Positions 18,088 through 27,933 of a stretch of 64,000 nt of DNA are shown piece by piece. This DNA is from Calditrichaceae bacterium (GTDB lineage Bacteria > Calditrichota > Calditrichia > Calditrichales > JBFXGD01), in assembly GCA_050173015.1 (NCBI GenBank), contig JBFXLE010000013.1:1-64000 (forward strand), written 5' to 3'. A program made the position numbers and the translations under genes. The first letter of the stretch is position 1, and each line of letters starts with the position of its first letter. The notes under the pieces were generated by a model. It had not been told where the DNA came from. It made no database searches and was given only the letters and a program-made list of their open reading frames with translations.

Positions 18088-19515
18088 ATGCAGAAGTTGA
18101 CAGCAAAAGAACGTATGAAAATTGCCCGGCATCCGATGGTCGAACAGGATCATGTTGAGCGGGGACATAATTTTAAAGAAGTTAACCTGGGATACACTAC
18201 CCAGATGGCACAGGAAGAGGCGATGAGATGTTTACAGTGCGCTAAACCGACATGTGTACAGGGGTGTCCGGTTAATATTCAAATAAAGGATTTTGTTACT
18301 TTGATCGCGGAAGGTGATTTTATCGGCGCCGTGCATAAAATCAAAGAAGATAATGCACTCCCCGCGATTTGCGGGCGTGTTTGTCCGCAGGAAGAGCAGT
18401 GTGAACAGGTTTGTGTAGTGGCGAAGAGAGGCGAGCCTGTCGCGATTGGAAATCTGGAACGGTTCGTGGCTGATTTTGAAAGGACAAGCGGAAAAGTCGA
18501 ACTGCCGCGGGTAGGAGCCCCGACAGGGAAAAAAGTAGCTATTGTGGGAAGCGGTCCGGCGGGATTAAGCTGCGCTAAAGATATGATTCAGATGGGACAT
18601 AAAGTGACCGTATTTGAAGCGCTCCATGAGTTGGGCGGGGTACTGGTGTATGGGATTCCGGAATTCCGTCTGCCGAAAGATATCGTGCGGCAGGAGATCG
18701 AAGGTCTGCAAAAAATGGGTGTTGAATTTGTGACCGATGCCGTAATCGGAAGAACTACCACGATTGATGAACTGATGGAAGAAGAAGGATACGACTCCGT
18801 GTTTGTCGGCGTAGGCGCGGGACTTCCCTGGTTTCTCGGAATTCCGGGCGAAAATCTGATCGGTGTTTATTCAGCAAATGAATTTCTTACACGTGTAAAT
18901 TTAATGAAGGCATACGATTTCCCAAATTACGATTCGCCGATTTTAGACTGCAAAGATAAAAATATTGCTGTTTTCGGTGGCGGCAACACCGCGATGGATT
19001 CAGTACGTACCGCGCTGAGGCTCGGAGCGAAAAACGCGTATATTGTCTATCGCCGTTCCGACAAAGAAATGCCCGCGCGCGCTGAGGAAGTAAAACATGC
19101 CAAGGAAGAAGGCATTCAGTTTTTGATGCTGACTAATCCCCTTGAATTTGTCGGAGACGAAAACGGCTGGTTAAATTCCATGAGATGCATCAAAATGGAA
19201 TTAGGCGAACCTGATGCATCCGGTCGGCGACGTCCGGTTCCTATTGATGATTCGGAGTTTGTCATGGATATAGATATGGCCGTGATTGCCATCGGCAACG
19301 GATCAAATCCCCTTATCAAACAAACTTCACCGGAAATCGAGTTTACTAAACGCGGTACGATCGCCGTTGACAGTGAGACCATGAAAACTTCAAAAAAAGG
19401 TGTTTTTGCCGGCGGGGATATTGTAACAGGCGGGGCAACGGTCATTCTGGCGATGGGGGCCGGTCGAAAAGCCGCAGCCGCCATGAATGATTTTATGAAT
19501 ACCGGTAACTGGTAG
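18088..19515 (+). CDS. nfnB: NfnB (NfnL), GltD-like large subunit (often annotated as homotetrameric gltA)
   Basis: RCLQC..CVQGCP, CGRVCPQEEQCE, GSGPAGL, GGGNTAMD, YRR, GGDIVTG; no gltB nearby. Confidence 0.88.
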   Translation: MQKLTAKERMKIARHPMVEQDHVERGHNFKEVNLGYTTQMAQEEAMRCLQCAKPTCVQGCPVNIQIKDFVTLIAEGDFIGAVHKIKEDNALPAICGRVCPQEEQCEQVCVVAKRGEPVAIGNLERFVADFERTSGKVELPRVGAPTGKKVAIVGSGPAGLSCAKDMIQMGHKVTVFEALHELGGVLVYGIPEFRLPKDIVRQEIEGLQKMGVEFVTDAVIGRTTTIDELMEEEGYDSVFVGVGAGLPWFLGIPGENLIGVYSANEFLTRVNLMKAYDFPNYDSPILDCKDKNIAVFGGGNTAMDSVRTALRLGAKNAYIVYRRSDKEMPARAEEVKHAKEEGIQFLMLTNPLEFVGDENGWLNSMRCIKMELGEPDASGRRRPVPIDDSEFVMDIDMAVIAIGNGSNPLIKQTSPEIEFTKRGTIAVDSETMKTSKKGVFAGGDIVTGGATVILAMGAGRKAAAAMNDFMNTGNW

Positions 19516-19528
19516 ATCATAATAATAT

Positions 19529-19567
19529 AAACAGGGTGATTGAAATTTGATCGCCCTGTTTTTTTTT
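19529..19567 (+). terminator. Intrinsic terminator after nfnB
   Basis: Stem acagggtgat/atcgccctgt followed by a T run. Confidence 0.8.
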
Positions 19568-19708
19568 GCATATGAATGATTATAACATTTATTGCTTTGC
19601 ATAAATGTTGTGGTTATATTTTTCCATCGTGTTATCTTCTTTGAAATCAATTATCCGGTATTACAACTATATTGTTTTTTCATCGTTTTAAAGTAAAAGG
19701 AGATCAAA

Positions 19709-20665
19709 ATGTTAAACAAAATTGCAGTTATCGGCGGCGGAAATATCGGCGGTGTGCTGGTACAGGAAATCGTCCGGCGACGTCTGGCGCGTACAGTTGC
19801 CCTCGTCGATGTGAAAGAACCTGAGCTTGCCAAAGGTAAAACCCTGGATATTTCAGAGGGTACTCCGGTGATCTCAACGGATATCAAAGTCATCGGTTCA
19901 AAAGAGTATGATGTGATCAAAGATGCCGACATGGTCATCAATACCGCCGGTGTGCCTCGCGCTGCCCGGCCGGACGGCACTCTGCCAACAAGAGAAGAAC
20001 TTCTGGCAACTAATCTAAAGATCACTGATTTTGTCAGCGCCGGAATTGGCAAATATTGTCCGAAAGCGATGGTCATTTCCATAGCAAATCCGCTTGACGC
20101 GATTGTATATCGGTTGAATATGAATCTAAAGCCTGATCGCAAACAAATGCTCGGTATGGCCGGCGTTTTGGATTCCGCGCGGTATCGCTATTTTATAGCC
20201 GAAGAAGCCGGTGTGAGTGTTGAGAATGTCGAGGCAATTGTATTGGGTGGACATGGTGACGATATGCTTCCGATACGCTCCGCGTGCCGGATCGCCGGTA
20301 TGCCCGTCGAAAAATTTGTTTCTTCGGAAAAACTGGATGCGATTGAAGCAAGAACCCGCAAAGCGGGCGGTGAAGTTGTAAAACTTCTGGGCGCCGGTTC
20401 CGCTTTTGTTTCACCGGCCTGGAGTGCTCTTGAAATGGCGGAAGCGATTATATTTGACAAAAAGAAAATTATGGCGATTAGCGCGCTTCTGAATGGTGAA
20501 TACGGAGTAAAAGGTTTGTTTATAGGTGTTCCCGCTATTCTTGGCGCGGGCGGTGTGGAAAAAATAATTGAGATGGATCTAACCGCGAAAGAGAAAGAAG
20601 CTTTCGCGAAGTCTGTTGAATCGGTTCAGAAAACCGCGAATGAAGTTGTCTCAATGACTAAATAA
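19709..20665 (+). CDS. mdh: LDH-like malate dehydrogenase
   Basis: IGGGNIG, TAGVPR (Arg at the specificity position), ANPLD, GMAGVLDSAR, LGGHGD. Confidence 0.88.
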   Translation: MLNKIAVIGGGNIGGVLVQEIVRRRLARTVALVDVKEPELAKGKTLDISEGTPVISTDIKVIGSKEYDVIKDADMVINTAGVPRAARPDGTLPTREELLATNLKITDFVSAGIGKYCPKAMVISIANPLDAIVYRLNMNLKPDRKQMLGMAGVLDSARYRYFIAEEAGVSVENVEAIVLGGHGDDMLPIRSACRIAGMPVEKFVSSEKLDAIEARTRKAGGEVVKLLGAGSAFVSPAWSALEMAEAIIFDKKKIMAISALLNGEYGVKGLFIGVPAILGAGGVEKIIEMDLTAKEKEAFAKSVESVQKTANEVVSMTK

Positions 20666-20676
20666 GTCTGATATTT

Positions 20677-20712
20677 AAAAAGGAATCCGTTGTCCGGATT
20701 CCTTTTTTTTTA
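20677..20712 (+). terminator. Intrinsic terminator after mdh
   Basis: aaaaggaatccg/cggattcctttt stem plus T run. Confidence 0.8.
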
Positions 20713-20844
20713 TGGTATATTGGTAGCTAATGTCAGAAATCAGGATTCCGGAGAACCGTCATCAAGTATGCGTGACGGATTCTTGCGATAAAGTTTAAAC
20801 CCTTCCCTAAAAAAATCCAGATTGATTAATCCGGAGAAGAGACC

Positions 20845-21528
20845 ATGCGATTGATCGCGGATGTACTGGAATCTCTTAAAAATATGGAAGATCCGGCACA
20901 TGCCGAACGGCATCGCGCATATCACAAAAGCAATCTAAAATTTTACGGCTTAAGAGTGCCGGAGATGCGCAAAATAGCAAAGAGAGCCGGGAAATCAATT
21001 TCCACCCGGGATGACCTGCTTAAATTTTTCCGGCAATTGTGGGTACTGCAAACTTTTGAAACAAGATCAATAGCGATCTTTGCGCTGATCAATCATATTG
21101 ATTATCTTTCAAGTGACGATTTTCATCTCTTTTATCCGGTCCTCAGGGAATGTGACGGCTGGGCGTTGACCGATTATCTTGCCACCGGAGTCTTAGGTGA
21201 ATTTTTATGGAAGTACCAATCGCATAGTCAAGCTGTTGATCAATGGAAATCCGATGATTGTTTATGGGTAAGACGAGCGGGTATTCTCCGTTTTATATCC
21301 ATGGCGAGACATAAGTCTCTCTGGTTAGAAGAAATGGAAAATATTTTAAATTATCATCTTAAGGAAGAGAATTTTTTTATAAGAAAAGCGCTCGGATGGA
21401 CACTCAGGGAATGGGCGAAATTTCAACCCGGGAAGGTCATCAAATATGTTGAAGAAAACAAAGCAAATATGAGTGGTCTGACATTCCGTGAGGCAACAAA
21501 GCATATTATCCGGAAAAACAAAAATTAA
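20845..21528 (+). CDS. DNA alkylation repair protein (AlkD-like HEAT-repeat glycosylase)
   Basis: GLRVP, WALTD, LWVRRAG, FFIRKALGWTLRE, LTFREA motifs. Confidence 0.88.
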   Translation: MRLIADVLESLKNMEDPAHAERHRAYHKSNLKFYGLRVPEMRKIAKRAGKSISTRDDLLKFFRQLWVLQTFETRSIAIFALINHIDYLSSDDFHLFYPVLRECDGWALTDYLATGVLGEFLWKYQSHSQAVDQWKSDDCLWVRRAGILRFISMARHKSLWLEEMENILNYHLKEENFFIRKALGWTLREWAKFQPGKVIKYVEENKANMSGLTFREATKHIIRKNKN

Positions 21529-21645
21529 AATCTGCCCATTGTTCCAATAGGTTGTATCGGGCAATAATCAATTTTTATTTTGGCGGGAATTTTTTAAATT
21601 TTACCATTACTGTGAATCGCGTATCTACAAATTTTGGAGGTTTAT

Positions 21646-22323
21646 ATGATCAAATTGACCTATCTGAGCCACTCAGCATGGCTGATAGAGACGGATCAGT
21701 ATAAAATTGCCATAGATCCGTTTCTTGATGGAAATCCAATGGCACAATCAAAACCTTCCGACATCAAAGCCGATTTTATAATTGTTACCCATGCGCATGG
21801 TGATCACTTGGGAGATGCGATCCCCATGGCAAAGGCCTCAAACGGAACCATCGTATCGAATTTCGAGATTGTTAATTATTGCGCTTCCAAAGGCGCGAAC
21901 GCTCATCCAATGCATATCGGGGGAGCTCATGATTTTCCATTTGGAAAAGTGAAATTGACTCCCGCCTGGCACGGATCTTCATTCCCGGATGGTTCATACG
22001 GTGGGACCCCCGCGGGCTGTCTACTTACAATCGGTGGCAAGACAATTTACCATACCGGAGATACCGGCCTGTTTATGGATATGAAACTCATCGGAGAAAT
22101 GAACCCTGTAGATCTCATGCTTGTCAATATCGGCGATAATTTCACAATGGGTATTGATGACGCGGTCAAAGCTGTTGAATTCGTCCGCCCCAAACTGGTG
22201 ATCCCGATGCATTATAAGACATTTGATGTGATTGATGTTGATCCCGCAGAATTCTCCGCCAAGGTGAAATCAAAAGGGTTTACGGCCAAAATCCTCGGTA
22301 TCGGCGAAAGTTACCAATTATGA
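21646..22323 (+). CDS. Metal-dependent hydrolase, metallo-beta-lactamase fold (UPF0173)
   Basis: THAHGDH, YHTGDT, FTMG, IPMHYKTF; start after GGAGG RBS. Confidence 0.9.
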   Translation: MIKLTYLSHSAWLIETDQYKIAIDPFLDGNPMAQSKPSDIKADFIIVTHAHGDHLGDAIPMAKASNGTIVSNFEIVNYCASKGANAHPMHIGGAHDFPFGKVKLTPAWHGSSFPDGSYGGTPAGCLLTIGGKTIYHTGDTGLFMDMKLIGEMNPVDLMLVNIGDNFTMGIDDAVKAVEFVRPKLVIPMHYKTFDVIDVDPAEFSAKVKSKGFTAKILGIGESYQL

Positions 22324-22371
22324 CAATTTTGATGGCGCCTGTAATGCAGGGCAGGCGTCTGTCATTTCCGG

Positions 22372-23076
22372 ATGAAGAATTATTTTATGAATGACACCCA
22401 GCTCCAGAGATTAATGACGGAACAATATCAATTCAATTTTCCGACCAAAAAGTATAAGTTAAAGGCGGAGTTTTATTCGACAAAATCACTGCGTCATACG
22501 ATCAGCTTAAGGTCCGGCCAAATTTCAATCAGAATTTCCGAATTATTCAAATCAGTGCCGGAAGAGATACTTGCTCTACTTGGCGTTATTTTGCTCGCGA
22601 AAATATTCAGATATAGAGTTGAACGGGACATCAGCAGCAAATACAGAGAATACGTTCGGGAACATGTCCTGCCGCAATACCCGCTTAATGAGCGCCGGCC
22701 GTCAACCAAATATACCGCGACAGGAAAATATTATGACCTTAATGAGATATTTGACAGTATAAATCTGCGATTTTTTAATAATAAGATACCAAAACCGATA
22801 CTTGGCTGGAGTTTGAACAAAAGTTACGGCCGGCTCGGGTTTTATTCGGACACAAGGAATCTTCTTGTCATCAGCCGGATATTTGATTCCCGAAAAGCCC
22901 CTTTACAGGTGGTTGAATATCTGATGTACCACGAAATGCTGCATATTTACCTGCCGGCCAGGTTCGTAAATGGGCGAAAATTGGTTCATACAGCGGATTT
23001 CAGGAAGCTGGAGACGCAGTTTCCTGAATTTGATAAGATTCAGAAGTGGATAAAAATTAAGCGATACAGACTTTAA
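22372..23076 (+). CDS. SprT/YgjP(M48)-like zincin metalloprotein
   Basis: YHEMLH (HExxH) with downstream H..F. Confidence 0.7.
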   Translation: MKNYFMNDTQLQRLMTEQYQFNFPTKKYKLKAEFYSTKSLRHTISLRSGQISIRISELFKSVPEEILALLGVILLAKIFRYRVERDISSKYREYVREHVLPQYPLNERRPSTKYTATGKYYDLNEIFDSINLRFFNNKIPKPILGWSLNKSYGRLGFYSDTRNLLVISRIFDSRKAPLQVVEYLMYHEMLHIYLPARFVNGRKLVHTADFRKLETQFPEFDKIQKWIKIKRYRL

Positions 23077-23310
23077 GAAAAAAAGAATTACTTCAATTTT
23101 TGCAAATAATTCAAGGTTTCCGGTGATGTCGAGATATGATATTTTTGTTGCAAACAAAAAATGAATTTCTTACTTTTTACACTTATGTAATCGAGAGCTT
23201 TAGGATAAAGCATATCGCATATTTCGATATTTCGGAATGTAAAATCGAATTTACCTGAAGTTAAAATAAATCTATACATAAAAACGAGAACTGTAGTAAA
23301 GGAGGCAACA

Positions 23311-25380
23311 TTGAAGGCTTTCCAGACTGAACAAATCCGCAACATTGCTTTTGGGGCGCACGGAGGCGCGGGCAAAACAACACTCGTTGAGGCGATGCTG
23401 TTTGACCTGAAAGAGACAACAAGAATCGGAACAATTGACCAGGGCTCGACAGTTTCGGATTATAACGAGGATGAAATCAAGAGACAAATTTCACTCAATA
23501 CCTCATTAATGCACGGATTTTGGAAAGACCGCAAAATCAATATCATCGATACTCCGGGATATTCGGACTTTTTCGGGGAAGTGGTCGGGGCGATGAAAGC
23601 TGCCGATACTGTTTTTGTAGTGGTTTCCGCGAGTTCAGGCGTGGAAGTGGGTACCGAGATGATATGGAATGAATCAGAAAAGAACAAGCTTCCCAGGTTT
23701 ATCATTTTAAATAAACTGGATCGTGAAAATATTAATTTTGATAAAGTTTTTAACGGCCTCGTAGAAAGTCTTGGCCATAAGGTTGTGCTCGCGCAATTTC
23801 CGGTTGAAACGGGACCCAATTTTGATAGCATAATCGACCTGTTCAGAATGAAAGTTTTAAAATATGCAAAAGACGGCAGCGGTGATTATACGGAAGAAGA
23901 TATTCCCGCGGATTTGAATGAGAAAGCGAATGAATTGCACCTCAAGCTGGTTGAGGCCGTCGCTGAAAGCGATGATACACTGATGGAAAAATATTTTGAA
24001 GCAGGCACATTAAGCGAAGAGGAATTCATTGTAGGTTTTAAAAAAGCTGTCGCGAAGGATGAAGTTTATCCTGTTTTTTGTGTGTCCGCGACAGAAAATG
24101 TCGGGATTAAAAGACTGCTCGATGTGATTGTTAATTTCTGTCCCGCGCCGAATGAACACGGAGAGAAAGCGACAAAAGATGAAAAGACAATAAAAATCAG
24201 CTCTGCAGATCCCCTTTCGGCATTTATCTTTAAGACGATCTCTGAAATGCATGTTGGAGAACTTTCATATTTTAAAGTAATGTCCGGCACCCTAAAGACA
24301 GGGGCTGACGTCATGAATACTACCAGGGATCATACCGAGAGAATTGGTCAGATTTTTATTCTAAACGGTAAAAACAAGAAAAATATTGAGGAGCTGCACG
24401 CCGGGGATATTGGCGCGCTGGTAAAACTCAAAAAGACGCATACCAGTGATACACTCGCGGTAAAAGAAAGACCTGTCGTTTTTCCCGCGATTGAATTTCC
24501 GGAACCGATTATCAGAGGCGCGATCAAGCCAAAAGCAAAAGGTGATGAGGATAAAATTGGTCAGGGTCTGCATATACTTCATGAAGAAGATCCGACCTTT
24601 GTTTACCATCAGGATCCGGAACTGCATCAGACGATCATATCAGGACAGGGCGAACTCCATCTCGCTATTATTTTACAGCGTCTGAAACAGAGATTCGGAG
24701 TCGAAGTTGAAGAAGAGGAACCAAGAATACCATATCGCGAAACAATAAAGGGAAAAGCCGAAGCTCAGGGTAAATATAAAAAACAATCCGGTGGCCGAGG
24801 CCAATACGGAGATTGTCATCTGAAGATTGAACCAATGGCCCGTGGTGAAAAATTTGAATTTGTTAATGGGATTGTCGGCGGTGTCATTCCCGGAAAATAC
24901 ATCCCTGCTGTTGAGAAGGGGGTGGTCGAAATCATGGAAAAAGGAGTGCTGGCAGGTTATCCTGTTGTTGATGTACGGGTGACTTGTTTTGACGGCAGTT
25001 ACCATAATGTCGATTCATCAGAAATGGCGTTTAAAATCGCGGCTTCCATGGGATTCAAAAAGGCCTTCCATGATGCTAAACCGGTTTTGTTGGAGCCGAT
25101 TTATTTACTTGAAGTCCGTGTTCCTGATGATTATATGGGGGACGTGATGGGTGATATCAGCAGTCGCCGCGGAAAAATTATGGGAATGGACAGTGACGGG
25201 AAATTCCAGGTTATCAAAGCGATGGTTCCTTTAGCTGAATTGTATAAATACTCAACGACATTGCGGTCCATAACTCAGGGACGTGGAATTCATAAACGGA
25301 CTTTCTCGCATTATGAGGATGTACCACCGGACAATGCGGCTAAAATTATATCCGAGGCTGAAAGTGAGACTGAAGAATAA
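23311..25380 (+). CDS. fusA: Elongation factor G paralog (EF-G2 type)
   Basis: Full five-domain EF-G (KQSGGRGQYG, DGSYH.VDSS) with divergent G motifs AHGGAGKTT, RQISL, DTPGY; TTG start after GGAGG. Confidence 0.93.
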   Translation: MKAFQTEQIRNIAFGAHGGAGKTTLVEAMLFDLKETTRIGTIDQGSTVSDYNEDEIKRQISLNTSLMHGFWKDRKINIIDTPGYSDFFGEVVGAMKAADTVFVVVSASSGVEVGTEMIWNESEKNKLPRFIILNKLDRENINFDKVFNGLVESLGHKVVLAQFPVETGPNFDSIIDLFRMKVLKYAKDGSGDYTEEDIPADLNEKANELHLKLVEAVAESDDTLMEKYFEAGTLSEEEFIVGFKKAVAKDEVYPVFCVSATENVGIKRLLDVIVNFCPAPNEHGEKATKDEKTIKISSADPLSAFIFKTISEMHVGELSYFKVMSGTLKTGADVMNTTRDHTERIGQIFILNGKNKKNIEELHAGDIGALVKLKKTHTSDTLAVKERPVVFPAIEFPEPIIRGAIKPKAKGDEDKIGQGLHILHEEDPTFVYHQDPELHQTIISGQGELHLAIILQRLKQRFGVEVEEEEPRIPYRETIKGKAEAQGKYKKQSGGRGQYGDCHLKIEPMARGEKFEFVNGIVGGVIPGKYIPAVEKGVVEIMEKGVLAGYPVVDVRVTCFDGSYHNVDSSEMAFKIAASMGFKKAFHDAKPVLLEPIYLLEVRVPDDYMGDVMGDISSRRGKIMGMDSDGKFQVIKAMVPLAELYKYSTTLRSITQGRGIHKRTFSHYEDVPPDNAAKIISEAESETEE

Positions 25381-25428
25381 TATTACCTGTTGATATGGAT
25401 TCTATTTAAAAAATATAATTATAGATTT

Positions 25429-25462
25429 TAGCCCAATGCTGCTTATCGGTATTGGGCTATTT
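25429..25462 (+). terminator. Hairpin / weak terminator after fusA
   Basis: tagcccaatgctg/cggtattgggcta stem followed by a short T run. Confidence 0.55.
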
Positions 25463-25485
25463 ATCTTGAAAGGAAGGAAGGCAAG

Positions 25486-25986
25486 ATGAAACGGCTTTGG
25501 GCCCCGTGGAGAATGGAATATATTTTGAATGAAATCGATCAAAAGCCCGAGGGTTGCATATTCTGTGATCTTCCATCCGAAAAGGATGACCGGAAAAATT
25601 TGATTGTTTACAGATCCGAAAAATGTTTTGTGATGCTAAATAAATTTCCTTACAACAATGGGCACCTGATGGTCGTCCCTTATCAGCATACGGGAGATAT
25701 TTTGGATTTGGATGATGAAATAATGCTGGATACGCAAAAAGTCATTCAAATGACAGTAAAAGTGCTCCAAAATGAAATGAATCCCCACGCCATGAACATT
25801 GGCATGAATCTGGGGCGTGTCGCCGGAGCCGGAATTGCCGATCACCTACATTATCACATTGTACCCCGATGGGATGGAGACACCAATTTTATGCCCGTAA
25901 TAAGCGGTACCAAGGTGATATCGGAGTCTCTAACCGTAAGCCGGGATAAGCTGCATGCGGGATTTAAAAAAATATCAGATAAATAA
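25486..25986 (+). CDS. HIT-family nucleotide hydrolase (Fhit/Ap4A phosphorylase-like)
   Basis: LWAPWR, CIFC, FPYNNGHLM, HLHYHIVPRW. Confidence 0.93.
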   Translation: MKRLWAPWRMEYILNEIDQKPEGCIFCDLPSEKDDRKNLIVYRSEKCFVMLNKFPYNNGHLMVVPYQHTGDILDLDDEIMLDTQKVIQMTVKVLQNEMNPHAMNIGMNLGRVAGAGIADHLHYHIVPRWDGDTNFMPVISGTKVISESLTVSRDKLHAGFKKISDK

Positions 25987-26001
25987 TTCTTTGGGGAAAT
26001 T

Positions 26002-27234
26002 TTGATGAGTGTGCTCATAAAAAATATCGGGAAAATGTTTACCCCTGTTTCGGGAGAAAAGTATGGCACCGTTCGGGAAATAGAGAATTGTCATTTGCTG
26101 ATCGAAAATCAGAAGTTTTCCAAAATCTTTACAAAAAGTACAGGTTTGCCGGATGTCAATATGGTGATAGACGCCCGGGGTAAAACAGCCCTGCCGGGGT
26201 TTGTCGATTCTCACACACATCCTGTCTTCTGGAAGACCCGCGAAGATGAATTCATTATGCGGATTCAGGGAAAAAGTTATGAAGAAATTGCTGAAGCGGG
26301 CGGGGGAATCCGGAATAGTGTCAGAACATTCCGCGAAGCCGGTAAAACTCAAATAAAAGATGTGACAAGGAACAGAATAAGCCGTTTTTTTGAGTATGGG
26401 ACAACAACGATAGAAGCAAAAAGCGGCTATGGTCTCTCCACTGCGGATGAAGTTAAATCACTCGAAATCATAAAAGAACTGTCAGTGGAGCAGGATTTGG
26501 AAATGATCCCCACTTTTCTCGGCGCGCATGAAATTCCTGATGAATACCAGAAAAACCGCAAGGCATATATCGATATAGTGATAAAGGAAATGATTCCTCT
26601 GATTGCCGAACAAAAATTAGCGGTTTTCTGCGATGTATTCTGCGAAAAAGGTGTTTTTACCGTTGATGAAAGCAGGGATATACTGGTGGCCGCGAAGGAG
26701 TACGGATTGATGCCAAAAATACATGCTGACGAACTTTCCGCATTTGGAGGCGGAGAACTGGCCGCGGAAGTCGGGGCGGTTTCGGCAGACCATCTGGTGA
26801 AGGTCTCAGACAAGGGGATTAAAAATATGGCGGAACAGGGTGTTATCCCCATACTGCTTCCGGGAACAACATTTTTCCTCCGAAAGGACGAGTACGCTCC
26901 GGCGCGCGAAATGATAGACGCCGGGTGTGAGCCGGCGTTGGCGACTGATTTTAATCCGGGTAGTTCCGCTACACAGAATATTCAACTGATGTGGACCATC
27001 GGGGCATTAAAAATGGGGCTTCTGCCGCATGAACTTTTATGGGCAACAACTCTGACAGCGGCCAAAGCGATAGGCATGGATGAGAAAATCGGATCTGTTG
27101 AAGAAGGAAAGTTTGCCGATCTTATATTACTGGATATCCCAAACTTGAATTATCTTCCTTATCATTATGGTGTTAATCATATAAATATGACTATTAAGAG
27201 AGGAAAAATCGTCTATCAAAGAGGATCAAACTAA
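26002..27234 (+). CDS. hutI: Imidazolonepropionase
   Basis: PGFVDSHTH, GGGI, EAKSGYGL, FLGAH, HADEL, SADHL, ATDFNPGS. Confidence 0.96.
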   Translation: MMSVLIKNIGKMFTPVSGEKYGTVREIENCHLLIENQKFSKIFTKSTGLPDVNMVIDARGKTALPGFVDSHTHPVFWKTREDEFIMRIQGKSYEEIAEAGGGIRNSVRTFREAGKTQIKDVTRNRISRFFEYGTTTIEAKSGYGLSTADEVKSLEIIKELSVEQDLEMIPTFLGAHEIPDEYQKNRKAYIDIVIKEMIPLIAEQKLAVFCDVFCEKGVFTVDESRDILVAAKEYGLMPKIHADELSAFGGGELAAEVGAVSADHLVKVSDKGIKNMAEQGVIPILLPGTTFFLRKDEYAPAREMIDAGCEPALATDFNPGSSATQNIQLMWTIGALKMGLLPHELLWATTLTAAKAIGMDEKIGSVEEGKFADLILLDIPNLNYLPYHYGVNHINMTIKRGKIVYQRGSN

Positions 27235-27348
27235 AATTAACCTTAATGGCCGTAAATATTCAAGTCACGATAAAAGCGTACGATACTCAATATACAATCC
27301 ATTTCATCCCGAGATATAATATTTAATCCAAAAAGAAGGAATAATTTC

Positions 27349-27888
27349 ATGAGCATTGAAATGCGCATCAATGAGAGCGTTCTTCATTTGGAGAAAGGCG
27401 ATATTACTGATTTGTCAGTAGACGCCATAGTCAATGCCGCAAACCAGCACCTGATCCTCGGTGGAGGCGTTGCGGGGGCAATTTCTGCAAAAGGCGGACC
27501 ATCCATCCAGGAGGAATGTAACCGAATCGGCGGTACCTATGTCGGAGGGGCTGTAATAACCGACGGGGGAAATCTTTCGGTTAAAAAGATTATTCATGCA
27601 GTCGGCCCCAAAATGGGTGAAGGCGAGGAAGATACCAAACTAAAAAACGCTACGATGAACAGCCTTATTCTTGCTGAAACCTATGGGCTTGGGAGTATCG
27701 CTTTTCCGGCGATCAGCACAGGCATATTCGGGTACCCGGTCGAACGGTGCGCGGAGATCATGCTTAGTACGACGATCGGTTTCCTGCAGAGACCGACCAA
27801 AATCAAAGATGTTTATTATTGTTTGTGGAGCGATGAAGATTATACGGTTTTTCAGTCAACGTTAGAGTCAAAAATGGAAAATTTGTGA
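27349..27888 (+). CDS. Macro domain protein (YmdB-like ADP-ribose hydrolase)
   Basis: GDIT, DAIVNAAN, GGGVAGAI, IHAVGP, AFPAISTGIFGYP. Confidence 0.93.
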   Translation: MSIEMRINESVLHLEKGDITDLSVDAIVNAANQHLILGGGVAGAISAKGGPSIQEECNRIGGTYVGGAVITDGGNLSVKKIIHAVGPKMGEGEEDTKLKNATMNSLILAETYGLGSIAFPAISTGIFGYPVERCAEIMLSTTIGFLQRPTKIKDVYYCLWSDEDYTVFQSTLESKMENL

Positions 27889-27933
27889 ATCCTCATTCCC
27901 GAATAGTTTTTAAATCCGGAAGATCATAAAGAT

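Noticed and set aside
18088-19515. Glutamate synthase
   Set aside because: No gltB large subunit; pairing with an NfnA-like gene indicates NfnAB
26002-27888. HIT-hutI-macro domain run as a defence or ADP-ribosylation system
   Set aside because: All three are common housekeeping families, with no toxin, ADP-ribosyltransferase or sirtuin nearby
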